Assembly (NCBI RefSeq): GCF_002571385.2
Contig: NW_019217843.1
Span: 176,187 to 240,186 of the forward strand
DNA from: Stylophora pistillata
Taxonomy: Eukaryota
DNA length: 64,000 nucleotides
Direction: 5' to 3'
This document shows, one piece after another, positions 26,801-37,990 of this stretch. The position numbers were made by a program, and so were the translations under genes. The notes under the pieces were generated by a model, which saw only the letters and a list, made by a program, of their open reading frames with translations, did no database searches and was not told the DNA's origin. The stretch's first letter is position 1. Each line of letters begins with the position of its first letter.

Positions 26801-29800
26801 GGTAAATGGTGTTGTCACGCAGTCTTTTTTGTTATGTGCAATCCATTGAAGCTCTTCGGTGAATCTTTGTACTACTAAAATCTCCTTTCAAACTCAAAAT
26901 TAAGATGAAGGTCAGTTAAAAGCAAGAAGATATTTTCAATGCGATTTAAAAAATAATGGTAAAGTACTTCTCCAGTAAATCAAAGTGCTTGTGTTTGCTT
27001 AAATCATGGTGATAAAAGCAAGTGCTGGAAATGATGAAAATCCATTTTTGACCTTAAAAATGGGGGTTTGACTTATACACAAGTTTGACTTATACACAAG
27101 TAAATACATGTACATTAACTGAATTGAAAATTGTTTAATGACAAAACAAAGAAATTATCTGTATCAGAATGTTAGTGTACTAACCATTAAATTTAGTGAT
27201 TTAAACAGCCCTTAAATTCAAGTATCAATTTTCCAAATAGATAGGATATATATTAATAAATTTTACACTACCTCAATTCTGTTAGGCACAAACTGTACCC
27301 TTGAAGTAAAACAAAAGGAAAATGTGATAACTTTCTTTTATCTTAGGGTTACACGAGGGATGTTATAAATTAGAGCAACCTTCCCCGAACTAAGTGATGG
27401 TCATAATTAGAGAATTTAAAAATGATGGAACCATTAATAAAAACATAATAATTATATACTAACCAAATGTTAAAAAAATTAAACCAGCAAGTATGAAGAA
27501 TGGAAGGCCCTTTCCTCCAATACTGTAAAACAATCCTCCAAATGGGGGCCCAGCTATGAATGTAAAAAACAATTTTTGTTTCAATACCAAAGAGGAGCTA
27601 GGACTTTTAACACTCACAACATTGCCTAGAATTCAATGTTTGGTCATAGGATATTTTTTTTGAGTTCTTCTTGAGTCTGGGAGATGACAAAACACGGAGC
27701 CCTAGTCCATGGAGTAACCTATGGAGTACCTGGATGTAGTACCCCTAAAAATCATGTATTAGTCAAATAAAATACTTTATGAACATGGCGAATCGATTAG
27801 ATGTACATATCCTGATATATTTTGAGTTTGTCAGTTCTCCGATTGTCGCAGTTCGATGTAGTACATGAATTGACCACCATCTTGAAATTAACATTAAACT
27901 GCTGACCACTTCCAATGGAGAGCTTTAATGATGCTAGCATCCATGAGCGTTATCGTTAATAGGCAGACTACGATCTATTTTCATGTGATCTTCAAGAGGC
28001 CAAAAGGAGGGACAACCTTCATTCTGCAATGGGTTTTAGGTCTTCCAAAATACCTGTTTATGTGTGGTGTCTGTAAGAAGTGTGGCGCTCCATCTAGTAA
28101 CACATGGCCTCATGGGTTTCTTAAATGTGCCAAACGATGAGGATACAAGCTTACATTCATAGGTTGAGAATTAAAAAGGTAATCCCTATCTTTAAACTGA
28201 GCTTCTCCTCACCCATCTATTTGTAGCACAATAGAATTGAGGTATGTAAACAAACAAAAAAAAAAACAGTGACGGGTCAGCAAATAAATCCGACTGGAGT
28301 TGTTGATCTGGGAAATGCAGTAAGCTTAAATATTTTACCTCATGCAGAAATCGAAACAGTGGGTTTTGTTCATCACATGGAGTTGTTTATCTCCTCGTCA
28401 AAGGACTCATTACACAGCAGTAGAACCAAAATGGAGGAACCAGTAAGACTGAGAGCCCTAGTCAACTGTCCCCCAAAAACTGGATTGTATCAAACTGTGA
28501 CATTCGGAGAGCTGGGAAGCTCGATATATTTTAGGATATGTACATCTAAACGATTCACATTGTTCATAAAATATTTTATTTGACCAATACATGACTTTTA
28601 GGGGTACTCCATTAAGGTACTCCATAGGGTACTCCATGGAGTAGGGCTCTGCGTTTTGTCATCTTCCCTTGAGTCTCATGAAGTGCTCGCAGTAATATAG
28701 ATGGGTTTGCTAATGTCAATTTTGACTGTGACTTTGATGGCAATTAATAATGACTTGTACTCTTGAACACTAGTTTTAGTTGTTCAGCATTAATTGAGTT
28801 TTATAGCAGTTGACACTTAATGGCTTAAATTGTTATTCTTTGGACAGATCTATAGGATTTTAAATAAGACCCTGTTTTCCTCCATGACACATGATAATAT
28901 ATTTTTGCATGGGTGATCCATTGCCCAGCCAATTATGGTTACACTGTAACCAGGTAAAATCATGTTAACAATTGACCACTTATTTAAGGAATCAATGACA
29001 ATTAATGAACAGAAAAAATTGAAAAAGCCCAGTAAATTATCAGTATTAAATAGGATTCTTCAGTTGTTAACAGAAAACACTCATCACAAAATAATGAAAA
29101 CCAAAGGAAAACAGTCTTTAAGAAGATAATCATTTGCTTTTAATTACAAGTTTACTAACACAAACCTAGGACTCCAAGCCCTGTCACTCCCATTGCTATT
29201 CCTATTGCTGTCCCTCGCTCATTATCATCAGGGTGGGCAGCGGCAAGCATTGCTAAACCTTAAAACATCAGTCAAACAACAACAACAACAACAAAAAAAG
29301 CAATTAAGACAAACAAACAGCTTTTAAAGAAACTTACAAGAGCCTTACTGTAACAGATTTCATAAAACTCCACTTTTGTATTGTTGCCTATTTCTTTTAA
29401 CTCTTGGATCCCCAGGAATGACTACCACATAATTTCTCGCCAAAACATCACCCCTTAATCAAACATTCAGGTCATGAGAATATTTAGGAAATGATCACCA
29501 ACTAAAGAGGCTCTTGACTGTTAACAAATTCTCCTTGAAATGTATGAAAGCGATCCTTGCAGTAATAAGCCCTACTTATCATTGCATTGTAGTGATGGAA
29601 ATAAGGTCTGAAAAAAATTAAGGCCCACATGGGATTTCAACCCATAACCTCTGTGATACCAGTGCAGTGCTCTACCAGCTGAGCTAACAAGCCAATTGGG
29701 AGCTGGTCATTATGTGGGTTCATATTAAACCTGTTGAAGTGATAAATCAATGAATTTGAATTTGTACCACGGTTTTATGAAATTCTCCTTGTCAACAGCT

Positions 29801-32800
29801 TTGGAAAAGCATAGGAAACAAAATGGAGAATATCCAGACTGATGCTTGGCTGCTTGGGTGTAAAGAGTTAATTACATGTACTGTACAGAAGTTCATTGGT
29901 TGTTACTATTGTCATTTTTGCAGGCGAGACAACTTCTGAATATCTTCAGTTTCTGCATAACTATATTGTATATAAAGGATCCCTCACAGGAACAATTTCA
30001 AACACAGAAAGACCTATGTCACATCTATAAACTAAGAAGGTTGTCAGTGACGGGCACCAAAAAATATCTAGCTACTTTCAACAAACCCAATGACAACAAA
30101 AGCTGGAGAAAACCCTAATACTCCTGCCATAGCTTTTCTTTATACTCCTTCAAATCTATTTAACATCAACTGTCAACTTGTAGACAATAAAATTACTCCA
30201 ACATCAAACAACACTTACAAGAAATAAGAACAAAAGATGATCCTAGTCCCTGAATAGCTCTTGCTACAAAGAGAAGCCAATAACCTGAACCACAGCCATA
30301 AACTAAAATTAAAGGAAAAAATATAACATAACACTTACCATCAGCTGGCACAAATGAAGAAAGAAAAACATTGCTTGCTATGCTCATTTTATTTTGGACA
30401 CTAATATTGAGAGGTGTTAAGTGTCAACAATGACTAAGATAGTGGTGACCTCATTGTGTGTACCAAGTTGCAGACAGTGGTGTGTTTTGGCTCTCTGTCT
30501 GTACTATGTAGCAATAACATGTCATCATAAATAGAAAAAAAAACTCACTAAGGGCCAGTTATTTACTCGAGGTCTAACCCACACCATGGTTTTACGCATG
30601 CTGTAAGCCTTGGGGATTCTCTAGAAGAGGGTTTAAATAAATATCCTTTGACTATTAGCTTTCAGCCCTCTTGACACTGTTCACAAAAATAAATGTTCGA
30701 ATAAAAGGTTTGGCTAAATTGAAGATGACTTAGAACAGCTACACTTTGTTAAATAGCTGGCCCTAAAAGCTTAAGTGTATAAATCGACTAATCAGTCCAT
30801 CAGACAAATTAATGATCAATATTTTGAATCAGTTTAACAGTCATTAAATAGTATTTATTTATTATTTAATAGCAGTCTCAATTGGTTGCTCACATGAGCC
30901 AGTATAGGTTTTTTAACCCTTTCACTCCCAAGATCTCATAGGAAATTCTCCTTACTGTGAGCCAAACAATTCTTATGATTCAAGTTTGGAGAGAATTTGG
31001 TATTGGATCAATTGATAATCCCCTGATTTTTGTTTTTCCATATTCTCATCACTTGTCTGCTTGATATTGTATTGATATTGTAAGGAGAAGTTCTGTCTTG
31101 GTCACTCGTAGGAGTTTAAGGGTTTAGTAAAACTCCATCGAGAATAAAGTTATTACCAAGAGTTGATATAAATAAGACACAAAAACCACTGTATAATGGG
31201 ATGCTGTAACCCACTCTGCAAATTAAAATCACAACAGTCAAACAGCCTAAATATATCATTCAATGTTATGGTCACAATCAACCACTGAATCAGAGAGAGT
31301 GTAGGTATTTCTTCACCACTCGACCATTCATTATGAGCAAGAATTTCTATCTTTAGTTTTCAAATAGTACAATTGCATACTACTTTTGCAAGGTTTTGAA
31401 GTGATTTCCTTTGTGAATGGATGCAATCATGCCTTTGAGAAAGTCTGTTGTCTTACTTAAAAGTATCAGTAATCTATTCATTATTGAGAATTATGAACTT
31501 CAAGCTTAATATTAATTACAATAATATTAAATTTAACTAGTATCTGTATACCTCTCTGTTAGATGCCCTGCTACTGGATTCACCATAATCTGTAAGATAG
31601 TGCAAGTATAATTATTTATAAACAGTTAAAGAAGATTTTTCTAGCAAAGCATGCTATTGAATATCAAAATAATTTGAAAAATTCAACCACCATTATATCG
31701 ATAGCATCCTTGAGATGTTTAATGGATATGAGTCTTAAACCATTATCTTCAATGAATGATCAAGACAGAATTTCTCTTTACAATATCAATACCTTATCAA
31801 GCAGACAAGTAATGAGAGTAAAGAAAAATATCAATTAGGGGATTCTTAATTGATCTAATTAATATCAAATTCTCCAAACTAACATCATAAGAATTGTATG
31901 GCAGACAGCAAGGAGAAATACCGGTGAAATCTTAAGAGTGAAAGGGTTAATTGATGCATTTACCACTACTGCAACAGTGTGGAAGACTATTTAATGGCTA
32001 CCCTGAAACATCATAATTAAAAACACATACAGGTGTTTTCATCCCATCTTACATTTTCAACTGGTAACTTGCTATTTTGGAAAGGATTTTATCATAGAGA
32101 AGAGTTGAAATTCCGGCCAAAGGATTGGGGTATTAGCTAAAGGAACTCTTTGCAAATACAGTTAAGTTAAAAGTACAAACCTGAACAAAGGCTTTGGATG
32201 CAAATAAAGCCCCAATTTTGAGATCCATGGATGAATCTATCACTGTTGGCGAAGAAACAGTTGCAAATGTTTTGTTGCTTGTTGAGCTTTCAGCAGTCGG
32301 TGGTCTAGTTGTTGGTGTCTCAGATACATCCAAATATACTGGTATAATTGGTACTGAAGAAGAAAAAAAGACATTAGGATTATTAATGAAATTAAATATT
32401 TCTGCAATCACTGGGCAGGAAAGTGAGAACTTTGAAAAACGATTTTCATAACAGTGCACATTTTTCTCCAAAGGCACAAACCAGGGTAGAAATCAAGAAA
32501 GGTACTGGTCCCAGTTTGGCCAAATTAGTTCAAAACCATGCCCCTCCCATCATGTAATAACATTTCTTGAATGAGAAGATATATAAAGTCATTTCTGGGC
32601 AGTTACAGAAAAAGTTAAGCCAAAGAAGCTGCACCTCTTTGAACAAGCAGCCAATTGACTTGTTTTTTTTTTCCTCCTTTGTGTTTATTGTGATTGAAGC
32701 ACACTTCATCAGGGAGTTTTGACGATACCACCAACTACACCTGTTCATAAATCTACGACCAATGTGTTTTAAAATTTAAAAATATGACAAGTTACACAAT

Positions 32801-33482
32801 TACTTGTTTGAAGCTGCAGTGAACTTACTGGCTCAACTACTAAAAAATAAAATTTACAAAAGAAACCCAGTGATTAATATTGTGATCTTTTTGCAGTCTC
32901 TAAGGAACAGCAATGTATTACAGTTTCTCTCCAAAAGAAAATATGAAAACTTTTAGCCTTTGAGGGTTCATCACACCTACACATTGATAATGATGATGAC
33001 CCTAGTCTCGAGATCGAATTAGTATAAATTTCTCCCATCTGACTGCCATTGAGTTTCTTGTTAATAAGACAGGGGAATTTGGTTTCATATCATGAAAACA
33101 CCCTCTAGACAATAAGCTTATTTGTTCTCATTACCTGTTGGCAAGATAATAGGTTAGAATCGCAAGGAGAATTTACATGAAAATCACTTCTGGGATTTAA
33201 GAGCCGGGTAAAAGATTAGGGAAGTACGGATACATGCAAGCTGAACGAACCCCTTCCTCTGCCCTATGAGTTCATAATAGAGGTAGGACATAACCAGAAA
33301 ATAAACTGTCCATACATACCTATAACAGACAACAGAAGACAATCACACAATGCACTCAAGCACGCTATTAACAAGATGGTTCTCTGTGAGATCTTCCTTG
33401 CTTGAGGTTCTATTTTCACGGCACAGCGAAGCCCATCGTCTTCGATTAACATCTGTTCATCAAAATTCTGACTCTCCGCCAT
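14865..33482 (-). CDS. SLC18A (VMAT-like): SLC18-family vesicular monoamine transporter-like MFS protein, 18 coding exons, ~476 aa
   Basis: Phase-consistent GT-AG exons in transcription order: 33320-33482, 32181-32353, 31552-31589, 31157-31215, 30219-30302, 29166-29258, 27464-27553, 25347-25387, 24361-24418, 23493-23588, 22861-22939, 21958-22009, 21001-21064, 19882-19933, 19140-19207, 18784-18829, 17884-17990, 14865-14932 (the last exon is the least certain). Total 1431 nt. VMAT signatures: VIVPIIPVYL, IGALFASKAFVQ, RVGYSIP, ARAIQGLGSS, DDNERG, GPPFGG, DPYILIASG, NMAFALLEPTLPIW, GMVDTSM, YLVDIRHASVYG, LRNPP. Confidence 0.92.
15038..15117. repeat. G-rich ~37-38 bp tandem duplication
   Basis: TGGGGTGAGGAAG(A/G)GGGAGGGGGAG(T)GGAGTCATATAC occurs twice. 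G-quadruplex potential. Confidence 0.8.
15325..15445 (+). mobile_element. Old SINE 3' fragment (Nin-domain-like)
   Basis: GTCGATTAATGCTATGGAAACCGAGATA...TGATGGCCACTTGGTTCGT resembles the GTCGCTTCATGCTAC.GAAACCGG core of invertebrate Nin-SINEs (from recall). Confidence 0.4.
16976..17051. repeat. 38 bp tandem duplication
   Basis: CTCCTTGTTTCGTTACTATTGGGGTAGCCAAGG(A/G)GGGT occurs twice. Confidence 0.92.
17253..17540. mobile_element. CCAAT-rich MITE
   Basis: Imperfect TIRs AGAGCGCTTTTCGATTGAGCATCG / CGACACTCCATTGAAAATTGTTCT. A related right end follows the gap at 49660-49684. Confidence 0.7.
18634..18745 (+). mobile_element. Degenerate Penelope-like terminal fragment (second hammerhead-bearing family)
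   Basis: TTGATGA-T-AAC...GTT-GAAC-TCTC-AGTC followed by CACCAGTAACAG...ACCCGG...GATCACACAATAC. It resembles a coral repeat I recall with an intact CTGAAGA...GAAACGTC core; the core is mutated here. Confidence 0.45.
22170..22450 (+). mobile_element. Older copy of the tRNA-containing repeat family (short inverted piece plus direct copy)
   Basis: CAGTTGGCTTGTTAGCCCAGTTGGTAGAG...GGTTCAACTTCCGTACAGACCT...CCGCAGTTCAAATATATGA aligns to 34085-34310. Segment 22170-22232 resembles the opposite-strand end of the unit. Confidence 0.75.
24553..24778. repeat. Minisatellite, 59 bp unit, ~4 copies
   Basis: AAAATATAGTGAGAGACAGATTTGTA starts at 24553, 24612, 24671 and 24722. Confidence 0.95.
25600..26135. 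mobile_element. Interspersed repeat with internal 14 bp tandem expansion
   Basis: GGTCAAGATGGCTGGATATTGG...CAGCCCTCTTGACC hairpin region. AGCAGGCAAACCC(G/A) repeats about 4.5 times at 25983-26048. Confidence 0.6.
27679..28667. mobile_element. Non-autonomous Mutator-like (MULE) element, 989 bp
   Basis: Imperfect TIRs of about 180 bp starting GG(G/A)AGATGACAAAAC. Exact 9 bp TSD CTTGAGTCT at 27670-27678 and 28668-28676. No transposase ORF. Confidence 0.88.
29538..29779 (-). mobile_element. tRNA-containing repeat copy nested in a TTAA-type MITE
   Basis: Aligns to the 247 bp unit, with anticodon position GGT. Exact 12 bp TSD AAATTCTCCTTG at 29526-29537 and 29780-29791. The host MITE spans about 29397-29871. 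Confidence 0.85.
30552..30763. mobile_element. PIF/Harbinger-type MITE, 212 bp
   Basis: TIR GGGCCAG(T/C)TATTTA. TAA on both flanks (30549-30551 and 30764-30766). Confidence 0.8.
30913..31126 (+). mobile_element. piggyBac-like MITE (TTAA-CCCTT...AAGGG)
   Basis: TTAACCCTTTCACTCC ... GGAGTTTAAGGGTTT. Family members at 31735-31950 (-), about 23718-23800, about 32995-33210 and about 29397-29871. Confidence 0.75.
31735..31950 (-). mobile_element. piggyBac-like MITE, same family as 30913-31126, opposite orientation
   Basis: Ends GAGTGAAAGGGTTAA. The internal sequence is the reverse complement of the 30913 copy. Confidence 0.75.
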
Positions 33483-33864
33483 GTTCGGTCAAGAGGAAGG
33501 AGTGCACCTGAATATTTTATTTGCTTTATTATAGTTTTTTCTCTCGTATTAACTTTACCAATACCGCATTGTGTTACGGTAAAGTAAACAAGCGAATTCA
33601 GCTTGCAAGGAATGACGGGAAATATGTTGTGAACGACTGAAAAAAAACTGGGAATTAGAAGCCTGACATAAACGCAAATAACAGAAAATGACAAGTCTCG
33701 GTGGAAAAAATTCAGTCGGTAAATACGGGTAAAAAGAGCTGGTCCTATGGTAAAAATTACATAAGTTATAAAGCAAAGTTTGATTCGGCTTAAAATGAAA
33801 TTTCGTTGAGAATCGTAGCGAGCGGCACGTGAGTATCTCTAGCCGGTGTTGACATAAGATATCT

Positions 33865-34320
33865 TACGTATGATGCACGATCCTCGCAGTAGAGAGCGCT
33901 ATTTATGCAATAGCGAAAATCAGGCCTGTACGGGATTCGAACCACTGACCTCTGCGATACTAGTGCAGCGCTCTACCAATTGAGGATCGTGCATCATACT
34001 GCGAGGATCGTGCATCATACGTATCTAATACCGCAGTTCAAGATATATGAACTTCATATATACATTGTATCTGATTTATCATCACGGGTTAATTAGGAAT
34101 CAACTCAACGGCCTGCTCCCAGTTGGCTTGTTAGCTCAATTGGTAGAGCGCTGCACTAGCATCGCAGAGGTCAGTGGTTCGAATCCCGTACCGGCCTGAT
34201 TTTTTTTCAGGTCTGATTTTCGCTATTGCATGAATAGCGCTCTCTACTGCGAGGATCGTGTATCATACGTATCTAATACCGCAGTTCAAAATATATGAAC
34301 TTCATTTATACATGTAACTG
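33865..34320. mobile_element. Composite tRNA-unit insertion: inverted partial copy plus ~1.3 direct units
   Basis: 33865-33984 is in array (-) orientation and 33982-34320 is in + orientation. Flanks are ATAAGATATCTT (33854-33865) and ATAAGACATCTT (34321-34332). Nearly identical to the 47771 array. Confidence 0.9.
34125..34197 (+). pseudogene. tRNA-like segment inside repeat (anticodon position AGC)
   Basis: A box TAGCTCAATTGG, B box GGTTCGAATCC and a downstream T8 tract. T-stem and anticodon-stem mismatches are present. Confidence 0.6.
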
Positions 34321-35529
34321 ATAAGACATCTTGTTGGTCAGTGGGTTTAGTCGACGAGTATCTTAGAAGTCGCCATGGGGTACGCAATTATTTCCTGAAC
34401 TAAGCACGCTCTCTGTTTTTTGCCTTTGCGACTTATCGCTGGATGAGAACATTTCTGGCAATCCAACATATTGAAATTGCTGCATTTAAAGTCAGCACAT
34501 GTCGACTTCTGGAAGCTGTTGGCCTGTTGCACATATAAAGCAGAGGAAATGGATAGGTAAGAACCCTAGATCATACAGCCTGTTTTTTATAGCTCTGATG
34601 TATTATTTCTGAACTAGAAGGTAATTTGATCAATTTACCGCTCAGGTGGTTTGGATTTCATTGACTTAAATTCGTCAAGGTTAAGATATACTGAACAAGA
34701 AGAAAAAGTTTCAAGTTTCTGGGACCGCTACATCCATTATGGGAAGCTCCGACTGATCTGGCAAACTCTGAATATTGCGTGACAAATCTACGTATCGGCT
34801 GGGTTTATGATTAACCCCGATTCCTCCTTTTTTTAATTCAAAAAATATTGGAATTGGAATTTAAGAGAAAAACGAAAAGAAAAAAAATTTAATGGGAGAA
34901 GAGAGATTGTAAAAACTATTCGTTTTAGGAAAATATCAAGAGAATATCAACTGTTGTGGTTCTCTTGGAAAATATTCATAGTGACTGAGATTAACAGTAA
35001 GAGCCTCGAACAGATTTAATTTAAAAAAAAAATTACGCAAAAATGTTGAATCTACTTGCCTGTTGCAAGCACACGATCTCAAGGGTTTGCGGACGTTAGC
35101 AAGTCAGGCAGGAGGGGTGTGGGGGGACGGCAGCGGGCGGAACGCTGCGATCAAATCATTTCTTTTTCTTTGCCTTATTAGCGTATGATCGATTCTCTAA
35201 TTGAAGCAAGATCTATTTTAAACTGTGTCGGGATAACAAACTGAAACAAGTCGGTTCTGGGACACAAGCAGGAGGGAAAGAGCATCAGGGCCAACATGAC
35301 CATATCTCTGATTCGAAGCTGTAGTTTGGTAATCTTCATTTATCTTTGTAATTGATATCGCCAGATTTTGGAGAAGAGCATGACATATCTGCACTTGGTG
35401 GAAGGATCGAAGGAAATCAGAATAGATTCCGACAGTTGATGTTCTTATCTTGATGGTTGTAACCGGCGTGGTGCGCGACATTTCTCGAGTATGTCCTGTT
35501 TCACAGTCAAAAGACATTCGGATTAACGA

Positions 35530-35875
35530 ATAGATTCCATGCTTCTGTTCAGTAATATATCACAGATGACGTCAAAATGTGCAACCTCGTTCCCAGGCCT
35601 TCCCCACCATAACTAAGGGAAAAGGCCCTGGGAACGAGGTTGCAAAATGTGGTAAAAACAAAAAAGTGACACACGAGACGCACCTATCACATTTTGACGT
35701 CTTCTTTTGTCTATTACTGAACAGACCCTCGGCAAAGCTGAATCCATTTGTTATATATAGTATCAAAAAGAAGCAAAATGTTGCCAATGGTGGCGTCATC
35801 TCTAGTTGTGTCTGTCCTCCAATAGATCATAAGTAGGAACCAATCAAAGTGCACGTATAGTTGAGCTTATTAATA
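35530..35875. mobile_element. Palindromic interspersed repeat interrupted by a mini-MITE
   Basis: CTGTTCAGTAATA..TCACAGATGACGTCAAAATGTG pairs with CACATTTTGACGTC...TATTACTGAACAG. Confidence 0.7.
35582..35642. mobile_element. 61 bp hairpin mini-MITE
   Basis: CAACCTCGTTCCCAGG ... CCTGGGAACGAGGTTG. Direct repeat CAAAATGTG at 35573-35581 and 35643-35651. Confidence 0.85.
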
Positions 35876-37990
35876 TATAATTTTTACTGAGGGCCTAGAT
35901 TGACTCGTAAGTAACTTCGCTTATTTTTCTGAACAAACAGCTTTGTCAAGAAGGGATGGGAACCGCAGTAATTATGTCTTACCTTGCAGGATAATACTTC
36001 ATGCTGTAAAAACAGCTGCTAAGAGAAAGACAGAACGTCGAAGGGCAGTCAGTGGGCTTAAAATAAGACCTATGACAAAAAGAACAGGTTAAGAGGAAAA
36101 GATAGTGGAATAGGCTTGCAATTTTAACAACACGACAAACATGTGTCGTGTTGGAAGGAGCCTCTTACACTCAAAACGAAAAGCTATGAAACAAGATCAA
36201 TGAGCGTGCAGTTGGGATTCGCTTTCCAGGTAAGTTTAAAAGTATTTTTAAGCATAAGAGTCTGTTTTTTTCTATTCGTCCTTTTCGCAGAGACTATAAA
36301 AAACAATCGACAAAACAAAAAAATTTGAATTAATAGTTGTGAGTATTTTCATGTTGGATACCAGAGTACTTGCACGTGTCTATTTTTAGAGGATAGATAA
36401 TCATTCTTTTTTATTTCCAATATTCTAGCAACATGAAATTTCTCTAATGAAATCACGACCTCTGACTCCATAGTTCTTTTGTTATAGCCTTAAAACTTAT
36501 TGTTGAAAAGAATTTGATCTTCTTTAATTGCCTTTAAACTTCAGTTATGTTTTAACAATAATAATAATAATAATAATAAACTAGTTGCCCTCAAAACTGA
36601 AAATAATAAGTAATACATTCTAAGCCATAGAGGTTAAAAATAGAACTAACTAGTCGAACGATGTAACTATTCAAAGATTATAAATACAATAAAACTAGAT
36701 TATAATACAGCTTCAAAAGAATCAATGTCTCTATAAGAATTTATAAAATAATCCATCAAATCATTCCTAAGAGAGGAGATGCTACGTTGTTTCCTAAGCT
36801 CATTTGGAAGACTGTTTTAGGTTTCGGATACAACGAGTGAAGTGATTCAGAATGATTACTCTTTAGACTGGCATTGGTATCTTTTCACGGCGCCATTCAC
36901 GTTACAAACACATTGTCAGATCGATTTTGTTAGAATCCATTACCAATCAATATTTTTAATTCTTATTGTTGTCAGTGATGACTGAACAACACGCCAGGAT
37001 AAACCTGTTCGTTTTACATCAAATTACGTTGTGTGTATAGCTTGAAATGTTTATTTCCAGCTACAGACGCCTTGATCAAAGAGGGCCATTTGATCTAAGA
37101 AAGCCTCTTGACTCCTGACGTGAACGATGAACTTCCGTTTCATACTTACTTAAATAAATTATTCTATGCTTAGTGAATCTCGAGGCATTACGCTCTTAAA
37201 ATCAATTCCCACGGGTCATGCAGGTCCACGGAAGCCCTTAATTAGTCTTACTAAAGGTACATTGCGCTCTATAGTGGTTATCTAGTTTATATATTGGAAC
37301 AGTATGACCTTGCTCGCCGCGTAGATGCATTCGCGAGATGTGTCCTTTTGTGTGTTCAGTTCAATTGCAGGATTTTTCCAGGAAGAGATCTGAGAAGACT
37401 TCTAGGGAAACTTCATAAGTAGGTACTTAATTCACATTTGCTACAAATCGATATCGCCAATATATGGTGCTTTGACCGTTCAATAGACGTAAACTATCGT
37501 TAAACCATTATTGATAGATTAAGAGAAGTAATTACCACTGTCAGTGTGTAGTTTGTGTTAGCTTTGTAAAATGACATGGTTATTTAGTACCATCACTTCG
37601 CTAACCAACTTCTTGGCCTTCAACGTTTCGATGCAGATTTTCGCAATGACCTTACCAAATTACTGATATGTTTGAAATCGTGATTTTTTCTTTCTCTCGG
37701 CATCTAGTCAGTGTGGCAAAAAGAACGCTGTGTTTTTGTGCAAATGGTTTAAAAGACTGCTATTGCTTATTGACTTCGCGCGAATTTACATTCACTTCCT
37801 ACTGAAGTCGGGATTTTGACAACTGAAGATTCACAATAACACCAGCGTTTCTCTCTTGTCTTCAAAGATGAGTAAGAACATCTGATTTCATTTGAGCGTA
37901 GTAATGAAAGAAGTTACAGAGCGAAACACTCGAAAAATCAGCCTTTGAATGTAGGATGGGGCATTGTCAAACAAATGTGATCTTTGTCGA

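Noticed and set aside
34549-37430. Additional 5' exons for the + strand gene (donors at about 34557 and 36230; acceptors at about 37060 and 37370)
   Set aside because: Most combinations hit stop codons and cannot be resolved without transcripts.
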